Shown here one piece after another: positions 38,089-48,240 of a DNA stretch of 64,000 nt (positions are counted from its first letter, which is position 1; each line of letters opens with the position of its first letter). The position numbers were made by a program, and so were the translations under genes. The notes beneath the pieces were generated by a model. The model searched no databases and was not told the origin of the DNA. It was given only the letters and a program-made list of their open reading frames with translations. The stretch spans positions 288,001-352,000 of the forward strand of contig JASGJN010000021.1 of assembly GCA_049840735.1 (NCBI GenBank), given 5' to 3'. Origin of the DNA: Anaeromyxobacter sp. (GTDB lineage Bacteria > Myxococcota > Myxococcia > Myxococcales > Anaeromyxobacteraceae).

Positions 38089-38370
38089 CACTTCCCTCCC
38101 GTCGAAACGGCCTGAGGCCGGGATGTTACAGTCCATGCCGTGAGCGGTCCCGTTTCCCGTCCACGGGGAGCCCCGGGATGGGAAGGGGTCGGCGAACCGC
38201 CTCGGTCACCAGAGGTCAATGATTCCAGCCAGTTGGCGCGCGTCTGCGGTCCACGGAACAAAGCCGTGCTACAGGATCGCGGCCGGCCTCTCGGTGACCG
38301 TCGGGTACGGTTCGCTGCAATCGCTCCCAGGACCGCAACCGGTGCGCTGCTCGCGTGTTGAGGTGATCGG

Positions 38371-38967
38371 ATGGCTCCGGATCCCGACGCGGCGCTGATG
38401 CAGGCCTTCCAGCGCGGCGACGAGGGGGCGTTCCGGACGCTCTTCGAGAGGAACGCGCGCGCCATGGTCGCCTTCTGCCACCACTTCGTCCGGGACCCGG
38501 CGCGCGCCGAGGAGCTGGCCCAGGACGTCTTCGTGAACCTGTACCGGGCCCGGGACCGCTACCGCCCCACGGCGCGGTTCAAGACCTTCCTCTACCGCAT
38601 CGCCGCGAACCACTGCCTGAACGAGCTGCGCCGGGCCGAGCACGCCCACCGGGCCGAGCCGGCCCCGGGCAGCGAGGACGGGCCGCCGGATCCGGACGGG
38701 CTGGCCTCGGGCGGCGCCACGCCGGAGGAGGCGCTGGCCGGCGCGGCGCTGGAGCGGGCCGTCCAGCGGCTCCTGCAGCAGCTGCCGGAGAAGCAGCGGG
38801 CGGCGCTGGTGCTGTGCCGGTTCGAGGGGCTCTCCTACGAGGAGATCGCCCAGGTGCTGGACGTCACCGTCCCCGCAGTGAAGTCGCTGGTCCACCGCGC
38901 CACCGTGGCCGCGGCCCAGGCGCTGGCCCCGTTCCAGGGGACCGCGCCGGAGGAGGTTGCCTCGTGA
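38371..38967 (+). CDS. ECF RNA polymerase sigma factor
   Basis: AEELAQDVF, FKTFLYRIAAN, GLSYEEIA..VKSLVHRA. Confidence 0.92.
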   Translation: MAPDPDAALMQAFQRGDEGAFRTLFERNARAMVAFCHHFVRDPARAEELAQDVFVNLYRARDRYRPTARFKTFLYRIAANHCLNELRRAEHAHRAEPAPGSEDGPPDPDGLASGGATPEEALAGAALERAVQRLLQQLPEKQRAALVLCRFEGLSYEEIAQVLDVTVPAVKSLVHRATVAAAQALAPFQGTAPEEVAS

Positions 38968-39443
38968 CCCATCACTTCCACGCCGACCTGACCGCCTACG
39001 TGGACGGCGCGCTGTCCGAGGCCGCGGCCGCGGCGCTGCGGGCCCACCTGGCCGGCTGCCCGGGCTGCGCCGCCGAGGAGACCCGGCTGCGCGCCGCGCT
39101 GCGGCTGCTCTCGGCGCTGCCGCCCCCGCCGGAGCCGTCGCCCTTCTTCGCGACGCGGCTGGAGGCGCGGCTGCGCCAGGAGCGCGAGCGGCGCACGGTC
39201 TGGCAGCGCTTCCTGCAGCGGCTGCGCTGGCGGCTGGCGATCCCGGTGGCCGCCGTGGCCGCGGCGGCGCTGGCGGCGGTGCTGACGGTCAGCCACGACC
39301 GGGCGCGGGAGCAGGCCATCGCGGACGAGCTGGACCTGCTGGTGGACTACGAGGCGGTGGCCTCGGTGGACGAGGTGGCCACGCCGGAGGACGCCGCGGT
39401 GATCGCCCAGCTTGACGCGCTGGCGCCGGAGGGCCGCCCGTGA
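38964..39443 (+). CDS. Anti-sigma factor with zf-HC2 (HxxxCxxC) and a TM helix
   Basis: AYVDGAL...HLAGCPGC; GTG overlaps the sigma stop. Confidence 0.88.
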   Translation: MTHHFHADLTAYVDGALSEAAAAALRAHLAGCPGCAAEETRLRAALRLLSALPPPPEPSPFFATRLEARLRQERERRTVWQRFLQRLRWRLAIPVAAVAAAALAAVLTVSHDRAREQAIADELDLLVDYEAVASVDEVATPEDAAVIAQLDALAPEGRP

Positions 39444-39979
39444 CCCGCGCCATCCTCCTGGCCGCCGCGCTGCTGCTCCTGCCCGCCGGCGTCCGCGCGC
39501 AGGAGTCGGCCCCTTCCACCGGCCCCGTTCAGCCTGAGCGTAGCGCCCGCGAAGCGGGCGCGGAGTCGAAGGCAGGCCGGGAGCGCTGGGACCAGCTCTC
39601 CCCCGAGCAGAAGCAGGCCCTGCGCGAGCGCTGGAAGCAGTACCAGGCGCTGCCGCCGGACGAGCAGGCCGACCTGCAGGACCGGCTGGAGCGCTACCGG
39701 AGCCTCACGCCGGAGCAGCGCGCCCAGGTGCAGCGCAACTGGGAGGCCTTCCGGCGGCTGCCCGAGCCGGAGCGCCAGGAGCTTCAAGAGAGGCTGCGGC
39801 GCTGGAAGGAGCTGTCGCCGGAGCGTCGGGCCGAGATCCGCCAGGCGCTGCGGCAGGTGCTGGAGGCCAGCCCGCGGGACCGGGCGCGCTACCTGGAGAA
39901 CCTGCGCCGCTGGCGGGAGCTGACGCCGGAGCAGCGCGAGCGGGCCCGGGAGCGCTGGCGCGAGCGCCACGGCCGGTGA
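39440..39979 (+). CDS. DUF3106-like periplasmic repeat protein
   Basis: Signal peptide, repeated W..LSPE.R units. Confidence 0.8.
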   Translation: MTRAILLAAALLLLPAGVRAQESAPSTGPVQPERSAREAGAESKAGRERWDQLSPEQKQALRERWKQYQALPPDEQADLQDRLERYRSLTPEQRAQVQRNWEAFRRLPEPERQELQERLRRWKELSPERRAEIRQALRQVLEASPRDRARYLENLRRWRELTPEQRERARERWRERHGR

Positions 39980-39983
39980 GGGG

Positions 39984-41618
39984 ATGCGGGCGCGCCTCCT
40001 GCTGGCCGCCGCCGTGACGCTGCTCGCGCCGCCGGCGCGGGCGGCCGACGGCGTGGTGCCGGGGGCGGAGCTGCACCTCTGGACGGTCCTGCAGGACGGG
40101 CTGCCCGGCACCGACGTCCGCTACGACCCGGCGGCGCAGGCCTTCGACGCCGCCGGCTACCTGCAGCCGCAGGGTGGCCAGGGTCACCCGTCGGCGCTGG
40201 TCACGCTCAGCCTGGACGGCCGCCACCTGCACGGCGACCTGCGCTGGCGGGTGGCGCTCGACACCGGCACGCTGCAGCGGCGCGGCTTCCCGGTGGAGGG
40301 CGCGGCCTGCTGGTCGCGCGCCACCAACACCGGCCTCGCCAACGTCGGGCAGGGGGAGTGCAGCCTGTTCCTGACGCGGAACGGCACCTACCGGCCGATG
40401 ATCCTGCCGGTGCAGGAGGAGGCGGACGGTCCGGAGGAATGGATCTCCAACGGTCGGCCGCTGGAGGACGAGGCGCAGGCCACCGCCTTCGTGCGCGAGG
40501 CCTGGGTGGCCTGGTCGGTGGGGCGGGCCGGCTTCCTGACCCTGACCGGCGGACGCTTCCGGCAGGCGGTGGGGGACGGCTACCTCCACGACGACCTGGT
40601 GACCGGGCTGCGGGCTACCGCCGACGTGGGCGCCATCGGGCCGCCGCTGGAGGTCTCGCTGGCGGTCTTCTCGCCCGAGCGCGACTGGCCGCTGGAAGGC
40701 GGGCCGCTCTCGCCCATGGCGGTCGCGCGGGTGGACTTCCTGCCCTCGCTCTTCGAGCGGGCCGGGCTCTTCGCCGCCGGCCTGCTGGACCGGAGCGGCG
40801 GCTCGGCCGAGCTGCTCCGGACGGCGCTGGTGGAGCGCCAGGCGGCGGTGGCCGGCTCGCCCGCGTCGACGCCGCTGCAGCGCCAGTGGGCGCAGCGCAG
40901 CCTGGCCTTCACCCAGGCCGCGCCGCTCGGCGGCGAGGCCACGCTCTGGTGGCTGGGCACCAGCGGCCGGCTGCTGCCGGGGAAGGGCCACCGGCTCAGC
41001 TGGACCGCCGCGCTGGCGCGCGGCCAGCTCGACACGATCGAGTCGTCCTGGGTGGCGGCCGGGCCGCTGGTCTCCGACCTGACCATCCACGGGACGCTGG
41101 TCTCGGCGCGCTGGGAGTGGGCCCTGCGCCAGGTCCGGACCTCGGCGTCCTTCCTGTACGCCTCCGGCGGCGAGCTGCCCCGGTCCCAGCCGGCCACCTC
41201 GCCGGACGATCCGCCGCCGCCCATGACCGGCACCTACCGCGGCTTCCTGGGCGTCTCGCCGCTGCTCACCGAGACCAGCATCTTCTTCCGCGGCGGCCTC
41301 TCCGAGCAGCTGGGCGCGCGCCTGGCCACCGCGCCCGGCGTGAACGGCCGCGGCGTGATCGCGCCGGTGCTGGGGCTGGGGTGGGATCCGGCCGAGACCT
41401 TCTCGCTCGACCTGCGCGGCGCCTGGCTCCAGGCCGACGCCGACGGCCCCTACGGCGGCCGCGGCTACGGCACCGAGCTGGACCTGGTGGCGCGCTGGGA
41501 GCCGCTCACGTGGCTGCGGGTGGGCGCCGAGGCGGACGTGCTCTTCCCGGGCGACTTCTACCCGTCGAACCAGCCGGTGCAGCAGGCCATCCTCGCGCTG
41601 GACGTGGTGACGCCATGA
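39984..41618 (+). CDS. Putative outer-membrane beta-barrel protein (alginate-export-like)
   Basis: Signal peptide, amphipathic strands, YGTELDL motif. Confidence 0.6.
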   Translation: MRARLLLAAAVTLLAPPARAADGVVPGAELHLWTVLQDGLPGTDVRYDPAAQAFDAAGYLQPQGGQGHPSALVTLSLDGRHLHGDLRWRVALDTGTLQRRGFPVEGAACWSRATNTGLANVGQGECSLFLTRNGTYRPMILPVQEEADGPEEWISNGRPLEDEAQATAFVREAWVAWSVGRAGFLTLTGGRFRQAVGDGYLHDDLVTGLRATADVGAIGPPLEVSLAVFSPERDWPLEGGPLSPMAVARVDFLPSLFERAGLFAAGLLDRSGGSAELLRTALVERQAAVAGSPASTPLQRQWAQRSLAFTQAAPLGGEATLWWLGTSGRLLPGKGHRLSWTAALARGQLDTIESSWVAAGPLVSDLTIHGTLVSARWEWALRQVRTSASFLYASGGELPRSQPATSPDDPPPPMTGTYRGFLGVSPLLTETSIFFRGGLSEQLGARLATAPGVNGRGVIAPVLGLGWDPAETFSLDLRGAWLQADADGPYGGRGYGTELDLVARWEPLTWLRVGAEADVLFPGDFYPSNQPVQQAILALDVVTP

Positions 41619-41893
41619 TCGCGGGGCTGGTGGTGGCGCTCTGCCTGGCGCAGGGGGAGGGGAAGGGGGCCGCGCCGGCGCCGGCGCAGCAGGGCGAGGC
41701 GAAGGCGGCACAGCCCGCCCCGCCGCAGGGCGCCGCTCCCCCCGCTCGCGGTGAGCCTGTCGAACCGCGAGCGAATGGGACTCAGCAGCCGCCGGACCCC
41801 GACGCCGAGGTGATCGCGAACCTGGAGCTGCTGGAGCAGCTGGAGCTCCTGCAGACCCTGGAGCTGATCGGGCCGGAGGAGAAGTGGAGGTAG
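41615..41893 (+). CDS. Small secreted hypothetical protein
   Basis: ATGA overlap; signal peptide; acidic Leu-rich C-terminus DAEVIANLELLEQLELL. Confidence 0.65.
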   Translation: MIAGLVVALCLAQGEGKGAAPAPAQQGEAKAAQPAPPQGAAPPARGEPVEPRANGTQQPPDPDAEVIANLELLEQLELLQTLELIGPEEKWR

Positions 41894-41919
41894 GAGCGGG
41901 ATCCCACGGGTTCACCGCC

Positions 41920-41946
41920 TTGACATGTGATGCGCATGTGCACATG
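41920..41946 (+). promoter_or_regulatory. Putative TA promoter/operator
   Basis: TTGACA at 41920 and palindrome CATGTGCACATG at 41935-41946. Confidence 0.5.
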
Positions 41947-41954
41947 TTGGTAAC

Positions 41955-42185
41955 ATGTCGAAGATGATCCAGCTGCGGAACGTGCCTGACGACGTCCACC
42001 GGAAGCTGAAGATGCGCGCGCTGGAGGAGGGGGTGTCCCTCTCGGATCTTCTCATCCGCGAGGCGCGCCAGCTCGCCGAGCGACCCACGCTGGCGCAGAT
42101 GCGTGCCCGCCTGCAGCAGCGTCAGCGCGTCACGCTCCCCACGTCGGCTGCCGAGCTCGTGCGCGGCGCTCGCGGTGATCCTTGA
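41955..42185 (+). CDS. Ribbon-helix-helix antitoxin (FitA/VapB-like)
   Basis: IQLRNVPDDVHRKLKMRA..GVSLS; upstream of a PIN toxin. Confidence 0.85.
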   Translation: MSKMIQLRNVPDDVHRKLKMRALEEGVSLSDLLIREARQLAERPTLAQMRARLQQRQRVTLPTSAAELVRGARGDP

Positions 42186-42586
42186 TCGTCCTCGACGCCT
42201 CGGCCGCGGTCGAGCTCCTCCTGAACACGCCGCTGGGCGAGAGGGTGGGAGAGCGACTCTCGGCAGATCGTGGTTCCCTGCACGCGCCCCAGCTGCTGGA
42301 TGTGGAGGTGCTGCACGTGCTTCGGCGGCTCTGCCTGGGGAAGGTGCTGCCCGAGCGCCGCGCAGGCCAGGCGCTCGAGGACCTCGCAGACCTTCCCCTC
42401 CTCCGTTGGTCGCACGAGGAGCTGATCGGACGAGCCTGGGGGCTGCGCACCTCGGTGACCGCGTACGATGCCATCTACCTGGCGCTCGCAGAGGCCCTGG
42501 GCGCAACGCTGGTCACGTGTGATGGCCGGCTCGGCCGTGCAAATGGCCACCGGGCCGAGGTGGAGGTGGTCGGGCTCGCCTCCTGA
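42182..42586 (+). CDS. vapC: VapC family PIN-domain toxin
   Basis: IVLDASA, E, YDAIYLALAE, LVTCD. Confidence 0.9.
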   Translation: MIVLDASAAVELLLNTPLGERVGERLSADRGSLHAPQLLDVEVLHVLRRLCLGKVLPERRAGQALEDLADLPLLRWSHEELIGRAWGLRTSVTAYDAIYLALAEALGATLVTCDGRLGRANGHRAEVEVVGLAS

Positions 42587-42661
42587 CCACGACCGAACCA
42601 GTGCGGTGGAGGCGTTCACTGCGAGAGGCTGGCGAGGCGCTTGCACCGGAGCAGTGACGCC

Positions 42662-43396
42662 ATGCCAAACCCCCGCGCTGACGCCCCCTCCAGCTCACGC
42701 CACCTGGCGCTGTGTCTCGCCATCCTCTCGCTCGCCGTGTCCGTGCCGACGCGGGGGGACGAAGCGCCAGCAGCGGACCCGGAGTCCCGTCCGCTGGCGC
42801 AGGCGGCCGAACCAGGCGCCACGTACACCAGCCTCGAGGATTACCAGCGTTCGCTCCCGCCCGGCGCCAAGGTCGAGCTCTCCGCCACGGGCGACGCCAA
42901 CGGTGACGGGCGGAAGGATCTGCTCCTCGTTGTTGCGAGCGAGCCGCGCTGGCACCAGTTGGTCCTCTTTCAGCGCAGGGCAGATGGACGACTCGTGCCC
43001 GCCGTCGTCTCCAGCGCGCGTGACCTGGGCAGCAGCACCGGGTGGTACGGGATCGGGGGCCTGTGGGTCCAGCCGGGTCGGCTGGTGGTCCAGCTCTCGG
43101 CGGTCGACAACGGCGTGGGCCTGGTGGTGAAGCACCGCTTCCGCCGCCAGGGACGCGACTGGCTGCTCTCCGGGATCGAGGCGAGGCTCTTTCGGATGGG
43201 CGAGGACGATGGCTGGGAAGGCACGAGCTGTGACCTGGTCACCGGCGAGATCGTCCAGACCAGGAAGCACGGAAAGCGGCAGCGCGTCACGAGGAGCAAG
43301 CTGAAGCCGCAAGCTCGCCTCCCGCTCACCGCCTACGACTTCGACGGCGACGGCGTGAGCGCGCTCGCGAGCGCGTGCGAGCTGTACCGCGGGTGA
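42662..43396 (+). CDS. Secreted hypothetical protein
   Basis: Signal peptide; GDANGDGRKDLL (FG-GAP/EF-like loop). Confidence 0.6.
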   Translation: MPNPRADAPSSSRHLALCLAILSLAVSVPTRGDEAPAADPESRPLAQAAEPGATYTSLEDYQRSLPPGAKVELSATGDANGDGRKDLLLVVASEPRWHQLVLFQRRADGRLVPAVVSSARDLGSSTGWYGIGGLWVQPGRLVVQLSAVDNGVGLVVKHRFRRQGRDWLLSGIEARLFRMGEDDGWEGTSCDLVTGEIVQTRKHGKRQRVTRSKLKPQARLPLTAYDFDGDGVSALASACELYRG

Positions 43397-43402
43397 CCGC
43401 CG

Positions 43403-44059
43403 TCACGCCTCCGGCCGCACCCACGGCACGTCGCGCAGCGGCTCCCGGCTGGCCCGGGCCACCACGGCCGGCGGAACCCCCAGCGCCTGCAGGCACAACC
43501 CGACCACCTCGTCCGCGTACGCCGCGGGCACGTCTCCGTCCGCCAGCCGGAACAGCGCCTGCCGCAGCGCGCCGGTGACCACGTCCAGCGCCACGTCGAT
43601 GCGCCGGTAGCGGAACGCGCCCGCGGCGTGACCGGCCCGAAGGTCCCGGCGCAGCGGGTCGAGGTGCCCGAGCGCCCAGGTCCGGGCCACGAAGCGCGCC
43701 CAGCGCGGCTCGGCGCGGGCGCGGGCCAGGAAGAGGCGCAGCCCCAGGCTGACCCGGGCGGCGGGCGCGAGGTCGCGCGCCATGGCCTGGTCGATGGCCC
43801 GGACCGCGGAGCCGACCGTCCAGACCGAGGTGGCGGCGAGCAGCGCCGCGACGGTGGCGAAGTGGCTGTAGACCGTCCCGCGCGAGACCCCGGCGGCGCG
43901 GGCGAAGTCGTCGATGACCGGCGCGTCCGGCCCCTTCTCGGCGAAGACCTCCAGCGCGGCCTCCAGCAGGAGCGACCGCGTGCGCGAGCTGCGCGCCCGA
44001 CCCACGCGCACCCGGTGGTCGGTCCGGCGGGGCGAAGGCTCTCGGCGGCGGGTCTTCAT
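43403..44059 (-). CDS. TetR/AcrR family regulator
   Basis: VFAEKG..IDDFARAAGVSRGTVYSHF. Confidence 0.9.
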   Translation of the reverse strand: MKTRRREPSPRRTDHRVRVGRARSSRTRSLLLEAALEVFAEKGPDAPVIDDFARAAGVSRGTVYSHFATVAALLAATSVWTVGSAVRAIDQAMARDLAPAARVSLGLRLFLARARAEPRWARFVARTWALGHLDPLRRDLRAGHAAGAFRYRRIDVALDVVTGALRQALFRLADGDVPAAYADEVVGLCLQALGVPPAVVARASREPLRDVPWVRPEA

Positions 44060-44103
44060 GACGGTCCTCCGGACCCATGCCGCAGGCCGTCGAGGTAGTC
44101 AAG

Positions 44104-44119
44104 CTGACGAAAACGTCAG
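44104..44119. promoter_or_regulatory. Candidate TetR operator
   Basis: CTGACG-aaaa-CGTCAG palindrome between divergent tetR and sulfatase genes. Confidence 0.5.
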
Positions 44120-44226
44120 TTCGACCTGCGATTGGCTTGCGGGGGTCGCCGGCGGGGTTAGGGAGAAGGATCCGGGCGCCAGGCGCTGGAGCGCAGCGCC
44201 ACCCATACCCGAGCGACGGAGCGGAC

Positions 44227-46035
44227 ATGGCCGAGCACGACGGAAGGTCCGGCAGCACGCGGCGGCAGTTCATGCAGGCGGCCGGGCTGGGCGCGCTGGC
44301 GCTGGGGCTGGGCGGCGCCGCTCCAGCGGATGCGTCGGCGCACGGCAAGCCCACCGGCGGAAAGGCCGGACCCGGTCCGGCCACCGCACCCGGCCAGCCG
44401 TACAACATCCTGTTCCTGCTCACCGACCAGGAGCGGTTCTTCCGCAAGGGCGAGCTGCCGCCGGGCTTCAGCCTCCCGGCCCACGAGCGGCTGGCGAAGC
44501 GCGGAGTGACCTTCGCGAACCACCGCATCAACTCCTGCGTCTGCACCCCCTCGCGCTCGGTGCTCTACACCGGGCGGCACATCCAGCAGACGCGGATGTT
44601 CGACAACACGAACTTCCCCTGGATCGACAGCCTCGCCCCCGACGTCCGGACGGTGGGCCACCTGCTGCGCGAGGCCGGCTACTACACCGCCTACAAGGGC
44701 AAGTGGCACCTCACCAAGGAGTTCGAGACCGTCAACGAGCTGGGGACGCCGACCCGGATCTTCACCAAGGAGATGGAGGGCTACGGCTTCTCCGACTACG
44801 TCGGCATCGGCGACATCATCGCCCACGTGCAGGGCGGGTGGCTCCACGACGGCATCACCTCGGCCATGGCGGGGAGCTGGCTGCGCGGGAAGGGGCGGGA
44901 GCTGGGCGCGGCCGGCAAGCCCTGGTTCCTGGCGGTGAACCTGGTCAACCCGCACGACGTGATGTTCTTCGACACCGACGCGCCGGGCACGCCGCTGCGC
45001 GAGGCGCAGGGGCTGTCCCCGCTGGCGCGGGCGCCGCTGGACCCGCTCTACGCGAAGCGCTGGCCGTACGCGGCGCCCCGGAACCACGCCCAGGCGCTGG
45101 ACGCGCCCGGCCGCCCGCGCGCCCACGCCGACTTCCTCCGCTCGCACGACGCGCTGGTGGGCCCCATCGCCGACGAGCCCGAGCGCTGGCAGCGGCGGCA
45201 CGACTACTACCTGAACTGCCTGCGCGACGCCGACCGGAACATCGGCGCGGTGCTGGACGAGCTGGAGCGGTCGGGCCAGGCGGATCGCACCATCGTGGTC
45301 CTCACCGCCGATCACGGCGACCTGGACGGCGCCCACCGGCTCCACGCCAAGGGCGCCACCGCCTACCGGGAGCAGAACCACGTCCCGCTCATCGTGGCCC
45401 ACCCGGCCTTCGCCGGCGGGAAGACCTGCCGGGCGCTCACCTCGCAGCTCGACCTGGCCCCGACGCTGCTGGCCTTCACCGGCGCCGCCCCGGAGCGCCG
45501 CCAGGCCATCGGGAAGGACCTGCCGGGGAAGGACTTCTCCGGCGTGCTGGCCGCGCCGGAGCAGGCTGGCGTGGACGCGGTCCGCGGGGCGGCGCTCTTC
45601 AACTACAACATGTTCGCCTACGTGGACGGTGACTACCTGATGAAGGCGGTCCAGCACCTCCGCGCGGGCGGCAAGCCCAAGGAGCTGAAGGCGGACGGGA
45701 TTGTCCCGGACCTCTCCCGCCGCGGCGCGATGCGCTCGGTTTTCGACGGCCGCCACGTCTTCACCCGCTACTTCTCGCCGAAGCAGCACAACCGGCCCAC
45801 CACGCTGGAGACGCTCACCGCGCTCAACGACCTGGAGCTGTTCGACACCCAGGCCGATCCGCTGGAGCTGACCAACCTAGCGGCATCGCCCAGGCCGCCC
45901 ACCGAGCTGCTGCTGGCCATGAACGACAACCTCAACGAGCTGATCGACCTGGAGGTGGGCGAGGACCGCGGCCAGATGCTGCCCGGCGGGATCGAGGCCG
46001 GCTGGGAGGTCACGCCGGAGACCATGGCGCCCTGA
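44227..46035 (+). CDS. Tat-exported sulfatase
   Basis: TRRQFM Tat motif, NILFLLTDQ, CTPSR (CxPxR), GKWHL, TADHGD. Confidence 0.92.
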   Translation: MAEHDGRSGSTRRQFMQAAGLGALALGLGGAAPADASAHGKPTGGKAGPGPATAPGQPYNILFLLTDQERFFRKGELPPGFSLPAHERLAKRGVTFANHRINSCVCTPSRSVLYTGRHIQQTRMFDNTNFPWIDSLAPDVRTVGHLLREAGYYTAYKGKWHLTKEFETVNELGTPTRIFTKEMEGYGFSDYVGIGDIIAHVQGGWLHDGITSAMAGSWLRGKGRELGAAGKPWFLAVNLVNPHDVMFFDTDAPGTPLREAQGLSPLARAPLDPLYAKRWPYAAPRNHAQALDAPGRPRAHADFLRSHDALVGPIADEPERWQRRHDYYLNCLRDADRNIGAVLDELERSGQADRTIVVLTADHGDLDGAHRLHAKGATAYREQNHVPLIVAHPAFAGGKTCRALTSQLDLAPTLLAFTGAAPERRQAIGKDLPGKDFSGVLAAPEQAGVDAVRGAALFNYNMFAYVDGDYLMKAVQHLRAGGKPKELKADGIVPDLSRRGAMRSVFDGRHVFTRYFSPKQHNRPTTLETLTALNDLELFDTQADPLELTNLAASPRPPTELLLAMNDNLNELIDLEVGEDRGQMLPGGIEAGWEVTPETMAP

Positions 46036-46116
46036 GTCTCGAGCGAATCGGGACAGCGGGCGGGCCTCGGCCCGAACGGTCTGGCCAGTGGGCCGCGGGC
46101 CTCCGAGCCGGGCCCC

Positions 46117-47149
46117 TCACCCCGCCCGCTGGCCCTCGTCCGCGGCGGCGCGCTCGGCGCGGGCCACGGCGGCCACCAGCCGGTCGCGCACGTCGTCGGG
46201 GACTCCGCAGAACTCGAGCTGCAGGCGGTGGCGCTGGTCCTTCGGCTCGGCCGAGAGCACCACCGCGCGCAGCCCCTGGAAGCGCTCGCCGCCGACGGCG
46301 AAGTCGGTCTCGGTCAGGCTGCCCACCGCCAGCGGGGCCCGGGCCGAGACGCGCGCGCCGCCGGCGCTCACGTCCTGCAGCGCGCCCTGCACGACGCGGC
46401 GCGGGGCGCCGGCGGGCCAGGGGCCCAGCGGCTGCAGCACGATCAGCGCGCGGGCGGGGGCGCGGGCCCAGGCGCGGCGCTGGAATCCGGCGCGGCGCCT
46501 CGTCGTGGGCGAGCACCAGGTGCTGCTCGCCCTCCGCGCCCGGCCCGGCCTGCAGCACCAGGCAGGAGAGCGCGTAGCGCGCCTCGCGGGCGTGGGCCAG
46601 GCCCAGCTCCAGCGTGGCGCCCGCCGCCAGCGTGGCCGGCGCCCGTAGCTCAATCGTCCAGGCGCGCTCGTCCACCGCGCTCACCTCGCCGTGGCCGCCC
46701 ACCGCCTCCACCGCCGTGCCGGGCGGCAGCTCGCGCGAGCTGAGCAGCGGGGTGTGGGCCGGCAGCCGGTCGAAGCCGAGCAGGTGACGGATCTCGCGCA
46801 GCGCAGCGGCCAGGTCGTTGCCGCCGCCGGGCGGGTGCGCGGCCAGCCAGCGGACCGTCACCGCCTCGAAGAGCTCGTAGTGCGAGAGCAGCCGCCGCCG
46901 GTCCACCGGGCCGGCCCCGGTCCCCTCCTGGGCAAGCGCGGTGAGCAGCTCCTGGTGCTGGGCGGAGAGCCCGCGCTGCGCCGCCTCGCGCTGGAAGGCC
47001 GAGCTGAACGCGCTCCGCCGGCGCACCAGCGACACCACCTGCACCAGCGCCAGGGCGCCGAGCAGGACGAGGATGGCCACCTGGACCGCGCCGGCGTGGC
47101 TGCGGTTCTCGGCGAACTCCCGGGCCACCGACTGGAAGAACTCCTCCAC
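46117..47149 (-). CDS. Membrane-anchored PilZ domain protein, frameshift at ~46484
   Basis: N-terminal TM; QRRAWAR (RxxxR) and DVSAGG motifs join if GATTC is read as GATC. Confidence 0.75.
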
Positions 47150-47201
47150 GCCCCGAGCATACGCCCGGCGGGGCGGGAGGGAAGCAGCGCGGGCGGGTGC
47201 C

Positions 47202-48212
47202 CTACCGCTCTCGCGACGCCAGCATCCCGCAGGCCGCGTGCCGGTCCTGCCCGCCGGAGTAGCGGCGGACGATGGGCTGCCCCGGCAGCTCGCGCGCCAG
47301 CGCGTCGCGGAAGGTGTTCCACTCGGCCTCGGTGGGCGGCCGGTAGCGGCCGGAGGCGTCGTTGACCGAGATGGGGTTCAGGCGGACCGGGATGCCGCGC
47401 AGCACCTGGCCGAGCGCGGCGGCGTCCTCCGGCCCGATGTTCACGCCGGCGATCATCACGTACTCGACCGTCACGCGCCCGGTCACGGCGGCGTGCTCGC
47501 GGATGGCGTCCACCAGCTCGTCCATGGGGAAGCCCTGATCGACCGGCATGAGGGCGCGGCGCTTCCAGGGGATGGCGGCGTTGAGCGAGACGCAGAGCCG
47601 GAACTTGTGCTGCTCGGCGGTGTAGCGCCGGATCATGGGCACGATGCCGGCGGTGGAGATGGAGATGCGGCGCGCGTCGATGCGGCAGCCGGCCGGATCG
47701 CAGAGCGCGTAGGCGGCCTCGATCACCTGGTCGTAGTTGAGGAAGGGCTCGCCCTGCCCCATGAACACCACGCCCGTGATCGGGCGGCTGGAGTCCGCCC
47801 GGACGTGCAGCAGCTGATGGACGATCTCCCAGCTCTTGAGCGACCGGGTCAGCCCCATGGTGCCCGTGGCGCAGAAGGCGCACGCCAGCGCGCAGCCGGC
47901 CTGCGAGGAGAGGCAGACCACGTGGTGGGTGTCGTAGAGCGGGATGCGGACCGTCTCGATGCGGGCGCCGTCCGGCAGGGCGAAGAGGTACTTGCGGAAG
48001 CCGTCGGCGGCGTCCACCACGTCCACCTGCCGGAGCTCCCCCGGAGTGAGCAGGGCCTCGACCTGGTCCAGGACCTCGCGCCGGACGTTGCGGGCGGCGC
48101 GCAGCGGCTGGCCCCGGCCGATCACCGCGCCGCAGATGCGGCGGGCGTCGTCCAGGGAGATGCCAGCCTTGCGGGCCAGCGCGCGGCTGTCCTGTCCGGC
48201 GAGATGGAGCAC
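47202..48212 (-). CDS. RlmN/Cfr-family radical SAM RNA methyltransferase (probable paralog)
   Basis: [27 protein letters not shown]. Confidence 0.85.
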   Translation of the reverse strand: MLHLAGQDSRALARKAGISLDDARRICGAVIGRGQPLRAARNVRREVLDQVEALLTPGELRQVDVVDAADGFRKYLFALPDGARIETVRIPLYDTHHVVCLSSQAGCALACAFCATGTMGLTRSLKSWEIVHQLLHVRADSSRPITGVVFMGQGEPFLNYDQVIEAAYALCDPAGCRIDARRISISTAGIVPMIRRYTAEQHKFRLCVSLNAAIPWKRRALMPVDQGFPMDELVDAIREHAAVTGRVTVEYVMIAGVNIGPEDAAALGQVLRGIPVRLNPISVNDASGRYRPPTEAEWNTFRDALARELPGQPIVRRYSGGQDRHAACGMLASRER

Positions 48213-48240
48213 GGCGGCCAGATAGCATAAGTTTGGGCCG

